Shown: positions 1-8,830 of the stretch, in pieces | Layout of the letters: each line of letters begins with the position of its first letter | How positions within the stretch are numbered: position 1 is the first letter of the stretch | Source: Candidatus Binatia bacterium | Lineage (GTDB): Bacteria > Desulfobacterota > Binatia > Bin18 | Assembly (NCBI GenBank): GCA_965231775.1 | Contig: OZ246888.1 | Coordinates: 2,074,947 to 2,138,946 of the forward strand | Reading direction: 5' to 3' | DNA: 64,000 nucleotides | Notes under the pieces: generated by a model | Told to the model about the DNA's origin: nothing | Databases searched by the model: none | Seen by the model: the letters and a program-made list of their open reading frames with translations, nothing else | Program-made: the position numbers and the translations under genes

Positions 1-717
1 ACGCGCAAACGGCTTGCCATAGGCGCCGTCATAATAGAGCGTTTCAAAGGGCAAGCGGGGTCGTTGGCCGCCCCCATCCGGGGATTCCGCGGGATAGCCA
101 ACCAACTGACACCAGACCGGGACCCAGCCCTCAGGAGCCTTCAGGACAGCGTGGAGGTCTGGAGTTTTCTCGGCCGAGGCCGCCATGTGCAGGCAGGTGC
201 CCAGTCCCTCGTTGACGGCAGCCAGGACGGCGACCGCGCACGCTCCGACCGTCTCCTGCCGGGCAACCGCTTCTGCCGCCTCACGCGGGAGGCCGTGAAT
301 CAGCGAGTGAATGGCCGGCATGCCTTCGGGTGCGGTCTCGCCTTTGACAATGGCCGAATCAATCGTCTCATGCGTCCAGCCGTAGAAGGTCGGCAGCGCA
401 CCCAGGTCTACCAGGTCATGAACCCGAGTCCGAAAGGTGTCTGCGGTAGAACCCTCCACATCGGCAAACCAGTAGATCCAGACGGGCGCGTTGACGTGCG
501 CCCCCTGATAGTTGTCACACGCCAGCAGGGTTTCCCGGTCTTCTTTTGACAGCTTGTCGCGTTCAACAACAATAGCGCGCCAGGGCTGGAGGTTGCCCGG
601 ACAGGTGGTCAAACGGACCACTTCGAGAATCCGCTGTATCTTCTCCTTTTCGACCTGCTCCCAGGGCTTGAAAATTCGAATGCTGCGTCGTGAACCAACC
701 ACTTCGAGAAAATCCAT
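1..717 (-). CDS. Nitroreductase family protein, C-terminus beyond the window start. Start ATG at 715-717 preceded by AAGGAGGAG.
   Basis: Reverse-strand translation begins MDFLEVVGSRRSIRIFKPW...LQPWRAIVVERDKLSKED. The RRSIR-F and LQPWR-IVV motifs are typical of the nitroreductase fold. A strong RBS lies 6-8 nt upstream. Not in the ORF track because no stop falls inside the window. Confidence 0.8.
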   Translation of the reverse strand, partial: MDFLEVVGSRRSIRIFKPWEQVEKEKIQRILEVVRLTTCPGNLQPWRAIVVERDKLSKEDRETLLACDNYQGAHVNAPVWIYWFADVEGSTADTFRTRVHDLVDLGALPTFYGWTHETIDSAIVKGETAPEGMPAIHSLIHGLPREAAEAVARQETVGACAVAVLAAVNEGLGTCLHMAASAEKTPDLHAVLKAPEGWVPVWCQLVGYPAESPDGGGQRPRLPFETLYYDGAYGKPFAR

Positions 718-744
718 CGTCTCCTCCTTATTCCGTGGGCCAGC

Positions 745-1089
745 TTATGACAGTGGACTCGTTTGTAACAGGACGCCGTTATGGATCAAAAAGCTGCGGA
801 TATAATTCCCCATTTGCCGCTTTTCGCCCGCGCCCCCGCCGATGCGAGATTCAAACTCGGTGATCCGGTCCGCGTAAAAACGCCGACCCTTGGCCCGAAT
901 TTTTTTCCCGCCCTCAACCTCGCGCAAGCACTCAGCAATGATCTGATCCGGCTCTTTGTCTACCAGGGCGCAGAAATCTTGTAAGACCGCCACGCGCTGC
1001 AATCCCTCGTCGCGGGATACACCGGACTGGTCTTCCAGGCCCTTCAGCCAGGCCTGAACCGTTTTGGCGTTCTCTATATCTGTCGTCAT
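745..1089 (-). CDS. Hypothetical small protein (114 aa) lying between two nitroreductase genes in the same operon.
   Basis: ORF MTTDIENAKTVQAWLKGLEDQSGVSRDEGLQRV... has non-repetitive composition. It is tightly spaced with the flanking genes (1089 vs 1129; 745 vs 717). No recognisable family. Confidence 0.5.
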   Translation of the reverse strand: MTTDIENAKTVQAWLKGLEDQSGVSRDEGLQRVAVLQDFCALVDKEPDQIIAECLREVEGGKKIRAKGRRFYADRITEFESRIGGGAGEKRQMGNYIRSFLIHNGVLLQTSPLS

Positions 1090-1128
1090 CGTGTGCGTGT
1101 CCTTCTCTTCTGCTGGCTATTCTTCCGG

Positions 1129-1917
1129 CTATTCTTCCGGCAAGCCCAGCATCCGGCTCACTGCCCGGACTTCCTCTTTCCGCCACGAGAAGGGCGCCGG
1201 GTCCTGAATCATTTTTTCGGCTCGGAGCCGGGCCGCGCCTTCCTCGGTGCCCCGGAACGGCTGGCCATATTTCCCCTCATGGAACAGCTCGCCCAGCGGG
1301 GGACGGGGACGTTGGCCGCCGGCTTCCCAGCTCTCTGCCGGGTAGCCAACAAATTGGACCCACAGCGAGGTCCAGGAGTCCGGCACCCCAAGCACCTGGC
1401 GGGCGGGTTCTTCGGGATAGGTACACAGCATGGTCCCCAGCCCTTCATCGACCGCGGCAAGGAGTGCCTGCGAGATGGCCAGACCCGACTCACAGCCCGT
1501 CACCTTGGCGCATAATACCTCGTCGGAACTGAAGGCCTGGACGACTTGGGGGTAGGCGACTTCGTTGATGAAGGTGTGCGTCCAGCCATGACTGATATTG
1601 AGGACGCCTATATCGACCTGCTCCGCCGCTCGGGAGGGCATATCGCGGGCAAAGGCTTTGAGGTCGCCCCACCAGTAGATATGGATGGGCGCCATTTCGA
1701 TCATGCCTGCGTTCACCGGCAGCGTCAGCGACGCAAGGTCGGCCTTCGACAGGGCATCCCGCTCGACCACGATGGCCCGCGCAAAGTCGGCATTCCCGGC
1801 TCGGCTCGCCAAGCGCGCCGCCTCAAGAATCGTCTGCACTTTGTCCCGTTCCACCGGCCGCCACGGCAGGAAATACCGAATTGAGCGTCTGCGACCAACA
1901 ACCTCTTTGAATTCCAC
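1129..1917 (-). CDS. Nitroreductase family protein, paralog of the gene at 1..717.
   Basis: Contains VEFKEVVGRRRSIRYFLPWRPVERDKVQTILEAARLASRAGN. The likely start is GTG at 1915-1917 with GGAGG 8 nt upstream. The track ORF extends to 2085, probably an N-terminal over-extension. Confidence 0.85.
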   Translation of the reverse strand: MEFKEVVGRRRSIRYFLPWRPVERDKVQTILEAARLASRAGNADFARAIVVERDALSKADLASLTLPVNAGMIEMAPIHIYWWGDLKAFARDMPSRAAEQVDIGVLNISHGWTHTFINEVAYPQVVQAFSSDEVLCAKVTGCESGLAISQALLAAVDEGLGTMLCTYPEEPARQVLGVPDSWTSLWVQFVGYPAESWEAGGQRPRPPLGELFHEGKYGQPFRGTEEGAARLRAEKMIQDPAPFSWRKEEVRAVSRMLGLPEE

Positions 1918-2090
1918 TGATCTATCCTCCGTCAAGCTAGGCTGCGCTGTGAGCGGCGTGTGACCGGCAGGAGTGTATCGATTTTTCTGACCTGCCGGAA
2001 GGGTAGGCGGAGGGGCTCTTCCAGTCGATCTCCCCCCGACGCTATGGTAGGATGCCCGCCATCCGGACCAGACTGCAAGGAGCAAGTTCC

Positions 2091-2870
2091 ATGAAGATGA
2101 CCGTCCGTCCCACTGCCCTGATTGCGGCTGCCCTCTCGTTTTGTATCGTCAGTTGTGCCGCCCCAAAGACGCCGCCTCGGGTGGTGCGGGAAAAGCCCAA
2201 GCTGACGGCAAACTCCTGTGAAGAGGCGAATCGGCTGGTCTACAAAGCAATCCAGGCTATGGGCTATACTATTGCTGAATACTCACTGGCAAGACCAGGG
2301 CAGGCTGGCCGCATCTCTGCCACGAAGGAGAATGCGACCAATGGTATTGTCACTATCTCATGCACAGAGAGTAGTGCCAGCATTGATGCCCGGAATTCTG
2401 TACAGGTCCCGTCGCTGCTGGGCGCGGCCGAGCGTCCGCACCATTTCGTGAACAGCTTTCCCATGTCGTATCAGATGGTCCAACGGCGCGCAGCCTATGT
2501 GGCGGACAACCCCGAAACGGGGACTCTCCAACTCACGATTGTACCGCTCAATAATTTTGAAGCTCAAAACGCCCTTGGAACTGATACGCAGGCCAGTGGA
2601 ATTCTTCCCGTGCGAGTGACGATTCAGAACAATACGCCACGCCCCTACGCTATTGAGGCCAGCAAGATTTTTCTGGTACCTGACAGTGGCGGGCGGGTTG
2701 CCCCGGTATCCTCACCGGGTGGGGGGAGTTCTCTCCAGGATATGACGATCGAGCCCGGCCAGAGTGCGTCCGGCTTTCTCTACTATCCGGCCGGCAACTA
2801 TTCTTCCGCCCGCACTTCCGTAATTGACAAAGAGAATGACGAACGTGAGGGGTTTTCGGTCCAGTTTTGA
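2091..2870 (+). CDS. Putative lipoprotein.
   Basis: MKMTVRPTALIAAALSFCIVSCAAPK is a signal peptide with a lipobox (IVSC). AAGGAG sits 9 nt upstream of the ATG at 2091. Confidence 0.7.
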   Translation: MKMTVRPTALIAAALSFCIVSCAAPKTPPRVVREKPKLTANSCEEANRLVYKAIQAMGYTIAEYSLARPGQAGRISATKENATNGIVTISCTESSASIDARNSVQVPSLLGAAERPHHFVNSFPMSYQMVQRRAAYVADNPETGTLQLTIVPLNNFEAQNALGTDTQASGILPVRVTIQNNTPRPYAIEASKIFLVPDSGGRVAPVSSPGGGSSLQDMTIEPGQSASGFLYYPAGNYSSARTSVIDKENDEREGFSVQF

Positions 2871-2890
2871 GAAAAAGGTAAGGAGTAGGC

Positions 2891-3127
2891 ATGCCTCGAT
2901 TGACTATTACGCTATCCCATGAGCGGCATGTGGCGCTCAGAGAAGCGGCAGCCCAGCGGGGGAAGACTATCCGCGAACTCATAGAAGAAAGTCTGGATTT
3001 CTACGGTATCAAAACGAGGGCAAACGCAGCCACGCTTGTTGCCCGTGCTCGGAAGCATTCTTCCCTCAATGAGAAAGAAGCTATGGCCCTCGCTGTCAAG
3101 GAGACGAAGGCCGAGAGGCGGGGATGA
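2891..3127 (+). CDS. Ribbon-helix-helix (CopG/VapB-like) antitoxin.
   Basis: 78 aa: MPRLTITLSHERHVALREAAAQRGKTIRELIEE... is a typical RHH N-terminus. Its stop overlaps the start of the downstream PIN gene (ATGA at 3124). Confidence 0.75.
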   Translation: MPRLTITLSHERHVALREAAAQRGKTIRELIEESLDFYGIKTRANAATLVARARKHSSLNEKEAMALAVKETKAERRG

Positions 3128-3552
3128 AGCCACCCCTCGCCATTATCGACACAAACGTCATTGCAAGCGGCTTGATTACGAACACTCCTGAATCACCCAC
3201 ACGTCATATTTTGGACGGTATGTTGAGTGGCGATTTCCCCTTCCTGCTATCCATGGAGTTGATAGTCGAATACCGAGCGGTTCTCCTCCGGCCTCGATTA
3301 CGAGAGAAGCATGGTTTGGATGAGAGGGGGGTCAATGTCATCTTGGAACAGATTGTCATGAATGGCCTGCTCCGCGAACCTCCTGTATTCACTGGCACCG
3401 TCCCGGATAAAGGAGACCGTCATCTCTGGACGCTCCTTGTTGCTGAGACTTCAGCGGTGCTTGTAACCGGGGGTCAAGCGCTTATCCAGAATCCTCCTAT
3501 TAAATCCCAAGTGATTTCCCCACGTATTTTTGCTGCACTGCTGACGTCATAA
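3124..3552 (+). CDS. vapC: PIN-domain toxin (VapC family).
   Basis: LAIIDTNVIASGL... with conserved acidic residues typical of a PIN domain. Translationally coupled to the upstream RHH gene. Confidence 0.8.
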   Translation: MKPPLAIIDTNVIASGLITNTPESPTRHILDGMLSGDFPFLLSMELIVEYRAVLLRPRLREKHGLDERGVNVILEQIVMNGLLREPPVFTGTVPDKGDRHLWTLLVAETSAVLVTGGQALIQNPPIKSQVISPRIFAALLTS

Positions 3553-3621
3553 ATGTCATTCGACCAAAGATATGGAAGGCGACCCGGAGTTAACGAAGCG
3601 GAGTCCAAGGGTGGATTCTCT

Positions 3622-3861
3622 TCACAGATTATCTGGAACGCCAGGTACGGGAAGGTCTTCGTGGGCAGAAGCGGCGGCAAAAGCGATTGCCGCGCGAATG
3701 TCTTCTTCTGTGAGTGAGGGAAAATCGGCCAGGATTTCTGCGATGCTTGCTCCCTCAGCTAAGCTCGATAACACCGTCCGCAGCGTTACTCGTGTCTCTT
3801 TGATGACAGGCTCGCCGCCACAGACTCGTGGGTCCCGGATAATCCGACCCTGATAATTCAT
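3622..3861 (-). CDS. DUF433 domain protein (antitoxin-like), apparently orphan.
   Basis: RVCGGEPVIKETRVTL is the hallmark DUF433 motif. 79 aa. No DUF5615-like partner ORF is detectable downstream. Confidence 0.8.
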   Translation of the reverse strand: MNYQGRIIRDPRVCGGEPVIKETRVTLRTVLSSLAEGASIAEILADFPSLTEEDIRAAIAFAAASAHEDLPVPGVPDNL

Positions 3862-3957
3862 AGCGTTCTCTTATCCTTTTATGCTGTGTATTAGACGAAG
3901 ATGTCGCGGCTAAGCGGATTATAGTGTCATTTCGTTGCGACAATCAAAACCATATCA

Positions 3958-4812
3958 GTGACGGAAGTTAGGTGTGAGAAAGGCATTGTTATGACTTCTA
4001 TGCGAAACCTTCGTTGTTTTGTCTTGCTATTGAGCCTTTATCCCGCCGTTGCGTTTCTTATGCTTCTATTAGTTCCACCGCCTCAGGCAAACGCCTTTTG
4101 GGGCTCTCTCTTTAAAAGATCACCCAGTATAATTGAAAAACTGTCCAAAAGCTCAAAGGCATTACCTGATGATGAAATAATCAAGCTCTCCAAACTCTCC
4201 GATGAAGCTAATGGCACAGGTAAACTTGGAAAGGAGCTTGGGAAATTAAATTTACCCAATGATGTGCTTGAAGATACATTTATGCGTATCGCTATTCATC
4301 AAGGAAAAGTTACCAGAAAAGAAGCAGGAGGAATGTTTACCAGATTAGGAAATACGCCTGGATTTCGCTCTACTCTAAGAAAAATAATTGGAAATAATGC
4401 TGCGGTTACAAACGGGCACTTGAATGAGTTAAGAATTGCCGACTCGGCGTCCATGAACAGATTCAAAGTGCTAGAGATAGGGGAAAAGTTTAATGACGGA
4501 CGAAAGAAAGCGCCAACCGATATAGATGTAGTTCTCGAAAGAGGGGGCAAACGCTTCGCTATAGAAGCCAAGGACTATGCACCAACAAAACAAATCCCAC
4601 TGGTTCAATACAGGGCAGATTTGGACACCTTGGTTGAGTACAAAAAAGCACACTCGCAGCAGGTTATTCCCATATTTACCATGACAAATAAACCCGACGG
4701 GCGGCATCTAAAAATCTTAGAGAGTGAAGCTAACAAAAGAGGTGTTGAACTGATTTTTGGAAGGCCCCAAGTATTGGTAGAACAAATGAAGATTCTAGCA
4801 GAAATCCCGTGA
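3958..4812 (+). CDS. Secreted hypothetical protein with a possible PD-(D/E)xK-like motif, in a lower-GC cassette.
   Basis: N-terminal signal peptide (LLLSLYPAVAFLMLLLVPPPQANA-FW). The segment PTDIDVVLERGGKRFAIEAKDY resembles a D...ExK nuclease core. Local GC is clearly below the window average. The true start may be the internal Met at 3991. Confidence 0.6.
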   Translation: MTEVRCEKGIVMTSMRNLRCFVLLLSLYPAVAFLMLLLVPPPQANAFWGSLFKRSPSIIEKLSKSSKALPDDEIIKLSKLSDEANGTGKLGKELGKLNLPNDVLEDTFMRIAIHQGKVTRKEAGGMFTRLGNTPGFRSTLRKIIGNNAAVTNGHLNELRIADSASMNRFKVLEIGEKFNDGRKKAPTDIDVVLERGGKRFAIEAKDYAPTKQIPLVQYRADLDTLVEYKKAHSQQVIPIFTMTNKPDGRHLKILESEANKRGVELIFGRPQVLVEQMKILAEIP

Positions 4813-6272
4813 AACCTTACCTGTTATTACTGCTGTTAATTTGCCTGTATCCAGATTTGACTTATGCAGCCGGGGCTACTTTTGAGTCTTTTTACAAAGA
4901 ACCTTGGCCTACCACTTGGATTCTTGCCGGCGCAGCTCTAACTGCGGCTATAGCTACAGCTCTAATAATTTCTACAGGAGGTGCAGCAGCGGCAGCAACT
5001 CCTGCTGTGAAGGCTATTGGCACATGGATTGGCGGTAAAATGGGGCTGTCAGGTGGTGCGGCGCTTAAGGCGGGTCTTGCTTTGCTTGGTGGGGGTGCAA
5101 AAGCCAGTGGCGGTCTTGGCATGGCAGGTGGGACAACACTACTCTTTGCTTCACTAAATTTCGGAACTGATATGGGAATTGGTTATACGCTTGAAAGGGC
5201 GATGAGCGAGTACAGCTACAACAATCTTGCAGAACAAAGTAAGGGGCTACCGACCCTCCCGCTGCCGGTGAATGGCTCTGGACCTGATACTTATGAAGCT
5301 GCCATAGAAATATTAGATGATGTCAATAAAGAGTTGCCTCTGTCTGCTAACAGCAACCAACAGCTAATAGGGCAGGCTATAAGCAGAATAGAAAAAGCAA
5401 ACAAGGAGTCTCGGTCCTGGAATGAGGATGAAAAAATAAAGAACCGGTCCTTATTGTCGTTACTCTATTTTATTTCAAACGATTATGACAAGGCAAAAGA
5501 TCATGCTGACATAGCAATGAGGTACGCGAGAACTTCAGAGATCAAAAAACCCCTTCCGGCATTTATCTACGCAACCAGTTCCTTATATGAGAGAGAATTT
5601 GATTTTTCCCATATCACTAATGACTATTTCAGCTACTCAGTATTAGCAGAACCCGATAACCCGCTCATTCCACTCCTGTTTTCAATATATTTAGACAGGA
5701 TGTTGCTACGCTTTAATGACGACTTTTTGAATGAGACGGCGCTATATCAAATATTTACAATCATGGAATCACCCGCGCTTAAAGAATTGCGGGTGCAGAA
5801 CTACACAATCTTACTTTCAAGATATTTTGTGCGTCTGAAACTAGAGCAACAAAAGATAATGGCTCTGGCGAGCACCTCAAGCAGTACGATCAAAAATAGC
5901 CCGAAAACTTTGCAAGTCGTCAATGATTCACTTGATAGCTATGAGGCACTCCTAAGTGACGCAGGGGATGTCACGATAAGTATGTTAACTCTGGATTTAA
6001 ACGATAATGAGAGCATACAAAGGGCTGAAATTCGCAATTTATTGCGGGACTATAGGAGGGATGCAAAAAGACTTGCTTCCCTCGTCGATGATTTTAGAAC
6101 ACGAGTGGTGAAGACTAGATCATCAGCGACGGAGACTGGAACATCAGCGACGGAGACTGGAACATCAGCGACGGAGACTAGATCATCAACGAGGGAGGGG
6201 GTTGCCGTGGGTGTCGGGCTGGCTATCTTGGCGCTCCTTGGGGTGTTTGCCTGGAGAATCATAAGGCCGTGA
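4809..6272 (+). CDS. Hypothetical membrane/secreted protein with a Gly/Ala-rich segment, a C-terminal TM anchor and a SATETGT x3 repeat.
   Basis: Start overlaps the upstream stop (ATGA). Contains a signal-like N-terminus, a Gly/Ala-rich stretch, the repeat TRSSATETGTSATETGTSATETRSS, and a C-terminal hydrophobic helix (VAVGVGLAILALLGVFAW). Low GC. Confidence 0.6.
   Translation: MKPYLLLLLLICLYPDLTYAAGATFESFYKEPWPTTWILAGAALTAAIATALIISTGGAAAAATPAVKAIGTWIGGKMGLSGGAALKAGLALLGGGAKASGGLGMAGGTTLLFASLNFGTDMGIGYTLERAMSEYSYNNLAEQSKGLPTLPLPVNGSGPDTYEAAIEILDDVNKELPLSANSNQQLIGQAISRIEKANKESRSWNEDEKIKNRSLLSLLYFISNDYDKAKDHADIAMRYARTSEIKKPLPAFIYATSSLYEREFDFSHITNDYFSYSVLAEPDNPLIPLLFSIYLDRMLLRFNDDFLNETALYQIFTIMESPALKELRVQNYTILLSRYFVRLKLEQQKIMALASTSSSTIKNSPKTLQVVNDSLDSYEALLSDAGDVTISMLTLDLNDNESIQRAEIRNLLRDYRRDAKRLASLVDDFRTRVVKTRSSATETGTSATETGTSATETRSSTREGVAVGVGLAILALLGVFAWRIIRP
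6119..6186 (+). repeat. Tandem 21-nt repeat (about 3 copies, catcagcgacggagactggaa) inside the CDS 4809..6272.
   Basis: Copies at 6121-6141, 6142-6162 and a degenerate copy at 6163-6183. They encode SATETGT x3. Confidence 0.8.
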
Positions 6273-6336
6273 AATCATTGCAGGGGGTGCGCATGGGGTC
6301 ATCATCGCTATCCCACAGCACAACAATCCCTCGACC

Positions 6337-6942
6337 CTAATGCCCCATCTGCTCGCGCGCTTTATCAACATAGCGCTGAATCAGCAGGCGCATGGTTTCT
6401 GCGGGCTGGATGCCGATAAGAGGAAACTCGCCGAGCATAAAGGTCGGATAGCCGACCACGCCAAACGTGGCGGCTTCCTGTTCGGTTGCCTGGACCCGTT
6501 GGGTCAATTCGCCGGACCGAAGGGCCTGCTCCAATTCGGCCACGGGTAAACCTACCTGTTCGGCCACGCCGAGCAAAACAGACCGGTCGCCAATATCCTG
6601 CTCTTCCTCAAACGCGGCCACAAAAACCGCTTCGTGATAGGCGGCAAACAGGTTATGGTCTTTGGCGAATTCGGCCGCTTCCAAGGCGTAGGCCGAGTCC
6701 AGCCATTTGGCCGGGATACGTAGCGGGATGCCGGTTTCGCGCGAGATACGCACAATTTTGCCTTTGGCGTCATCTCCGATCACTTCGCCGTTTTTCCAGC
6801 CCTTATGCCGGCGGGCGATGTGGACGCCTTTCCACACCAGCTCGATTGCGAGCTGACCGTCGAGCTGTTCCATGACGCACTTGGCGATATAGCTGAGGGA
6901 AGAGGCATAGTCGTAGTAGACCGGGATTTTGACGTTCGCCAT
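6337..6942 (-). CDS. DsbA/FrnE-like thiol-disulfide oxidoreductase family protein.
   Basis: 201 aa: [20 protein letters not shown]... with a DsbA-like fold signature. Divergent from the UGSC selenoprotein gene. Confidence 0.8.
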   Translation of the reverse strand: MANVKIPVYYDYASSLSYIAKCVMEQLDGQLAIELVWKGVHIARRHKGWKNGEVIGDDAKGKIVRISRETGIPLRIPAKWLDSAYALEAAEFAKDHNLFAAYHEAVFVAAFEEEQDIGDRSVLLGVAEQVGLPVAELEQALRSGELTQRVQATEQEAATFGVVGYPTFMLGEFPLIGIQPAETMRLLIQRYVDKAREQMGH

Positions 6943-7038
6943 GAGGATGCACTCTCTTCATTCCTGGTGGTCAAAACTGTACCCGGCGTTCCATTGCACG
7001 GGCAAGAGGGTTGGACTATATAGCGAAGGGCAAGGGAG

Positions 7039-7644
7039 GTGCGTATGGGACAGATTGAAGTCCTGAGTCCGGTTGGAGAAGCGCAAGTCGGTGATCTGCC
7101 GCTTGCCCGACGAGAGGGTAGCCTGCGCGGGAAAACAATCGGCTTTCTGAATAATCGCAAGGCCAACGCCGGCCTGCTGCTCGAACAGGTGGAAGCGCTG
7201 CTGCACGAACGGTGTGGAGATTTTAGGGTTATCCAGGGGGAGAAGAATGCTTCACTCGGTGTACCCCAAGAGGTGAGGGCACGCCTGTCAAGCTGTGACG
7301 TGATTGTCGAAGCCATAGGCGATTGAGGCTCGTGCACGTCGTGGGGTCTCCACGACACCATTGAATTTGAAAAGCAGGGCATTCCGACCGCCATCATTTG
7401 CAGCGACGAGTTTGCACCGCTCGGCCGGGCCGAGTCCCGCACCCTGGGCATGGGCGGTGTGCCCATTGCCGTGATTCCCCATCCCCTGGCCGGCAATACG
7501 CCGCAGGTGGTGCAGGCCAAGGCCGCGGCCGTAGTGGATGAAATTCTGGCCATTTTAACCCAGCCAGCGGAGCAGTTGGCCGACGCGTATCGCGGGCGGT
7601 TTCTCAAGCCCATGGAGAAAAAGATCGAGCGAGTGTCGGCGTAA
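7039..7644 (+). CDS. UGSC-motif selenoprotein with an in-frame TGA (Sec) at 7324-7326.
   Basis: Track ORFs 7039..7326 and 7450..7644 share a frame and are separated only by a TGA. Read-through gives ...CDVIVEAIGD-U-GSCTSWGLHDTIEFEKQGIPTAIICSDEF... A 7-bp hairpin follows 11 nt downstream. RBS GGGAGGTG precedes the ATG at 7039. A fused paralog with the same U-GSCT context is at 44217. Confidence 0.75.
7338..7356 (+). promoter_or_regulatory. Candidate bacterial SECIS hairpin (gtcgtgg-GGTCT-ccacgac).
   Basis: Perfect 7-bp stem with a GGUCU loop, starting 11 nt after the UGA at 7324-7326. Confidence 0.55.
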
Positions 7645-7697
7645 TCAGCCCCCTCACCCCAGCCCTCTCCCCTGAGGGGAGAGGGAGCAAAAGTGTC

Positions 7698-8780
7698 ATG
7701 GATTTCCAATCAGACAAAATCTCCCTGGACGATTCTCTTGAATCCGTCAACGACTGGTTTTACGACCAGGGCTGGACGGATGGGCTGCCCATTATTCCAC
7801 CCACACCCGAGCGGGTAGAAAAGATGCTGGCCTGGACGGACCGTAGCCCCCAAGACGTACTGGGACCGATACCGCCCAAATACGGCATTGCCACCCTGGA
7901 AAAATTAGCCGTGAACGCGGTCATGGCGGGCTGTGTGCCCGAATACTTCCCGGTCATTATTGCCGCAGTCGAGGCACTGCTCGAAGGGCCGTTCAATCTG
8001 TACGGGGTGCAGAGCACAACCCATCCCTGCGCGCCGCTGCTGATTCTGAACGGCCCGATTGCGGCGGAGATCAGTGTCAACTCGCGCTACAACGCCTTTG
8101 GCCAGGGCTGGCGGCCAAACGCCACAATCGGCCGCGCGATTCGCCTAGTTCTGCTGAATGTCGGTGGGGGAACGCCGGGCATGCTGGACCGCTCAACCCA
8201 GGGCCAGCCCGCAAAGTACAGCTATTGCATAGCCGAGAACGAGGAAGAAAATCCCTGGGGTCCGCTACACGTCGAACGCGGCTTTGCGGCCGAGACCAGC
8301 ACGGTCACGGTCTGCGGAGCGGAAGGGCCGCATAATATCAACGACCATATCAGCAGTGCCGCGCCTGGGATTCTGACGACCATAGCCAGCACCATGGCCG
8401 GTATGGGCTCGAATAATGCCTACGCGTTTGGTGAACCGATTCTCGCCCTCGGACCCGAGCATGCCGATATCCTGGCCCGAGACGGCATCTCAAAGGACGA
8501 CATTCGGGCCTATGTCTTCGAGCACGCCCGTGTGCCACGCGAACAGTGGGAGGCGGGCGGCATGATCGGTATGGGGTTTACCCCGGATGACGCCTTTCCC
8601 GACGCTGCCGCCATCCCGCTGATTCGCAAACCGGAACGGCTCATGATTCTCGTCGTCGGCGGTCCGGGTCGCCACTCGTGCTGGATGCCTACGTTCGGGG
8701 CCATGACCCGTTCCGTGACCCGTCAGCTTGCCCTCAAGGACGGCCGGCCGGCGACGTCCATTCAAGAGTTTCGTCGCTAG
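7698..8780 (+). CDS. Conserved protein partnered with UGSC selenoproteins (family not named). A paralog of this domain is fused to the UGSC domain at 44217..45920.
   Basis: 360 aa. The segment WFYDQGWTDGLPIIPPTPERV aligns with ERFSVEGWSDGLPVIPPTQDRV in the fused ORF. The gene lies immediately downstream of the UGSC gene. Confidence 0.7.
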   Translation: MDFQSDKISLDDSLESVNDWFYDQGWTDGLPIIPPTPERVEKMLAWTDRSPQDVLGPIPPKYGIATLEKLAVNAVMAGCVPEYFPVIIAAVEALLEGPFNLYGVQSTTHPCAPLLILNGPIAAEISVNSRYNAFGQGWRPNATIGRAIRLVLLNVGGGTPGMLDRSTQGQPAKYSYCIAENEEENPWGPLHVERGFAAETSTVTVCGAEGPHNINDHISSAAPGILTTIASTMAGMGSNNAYAFGEPILALGPEHADILARDGISKDDIRAYVFEHARVPREQWEAGGMIGMGFTPDDAFPDAAAIPLIRKPERLMILVVGGPGRHSCWMPTFGAMTRSVTRQLALKDGRPATSIQEFRR

Positions 8781-8830
8781 CGCTGCCGGGCCGGATGATC
8801 GACTGTGCCCAACCTGCTAGACTCCGGCCT

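Noticed and set aside
6780-7709. A 309-aa minus-strand ORF overlaps the UGSC selenoprotein gene.
   Set aside because: Antisense artifact: low-complexity S/T/R/P-rich translation with no start context. The plus-strand gene has a strong RBS, a motif and a paralog.
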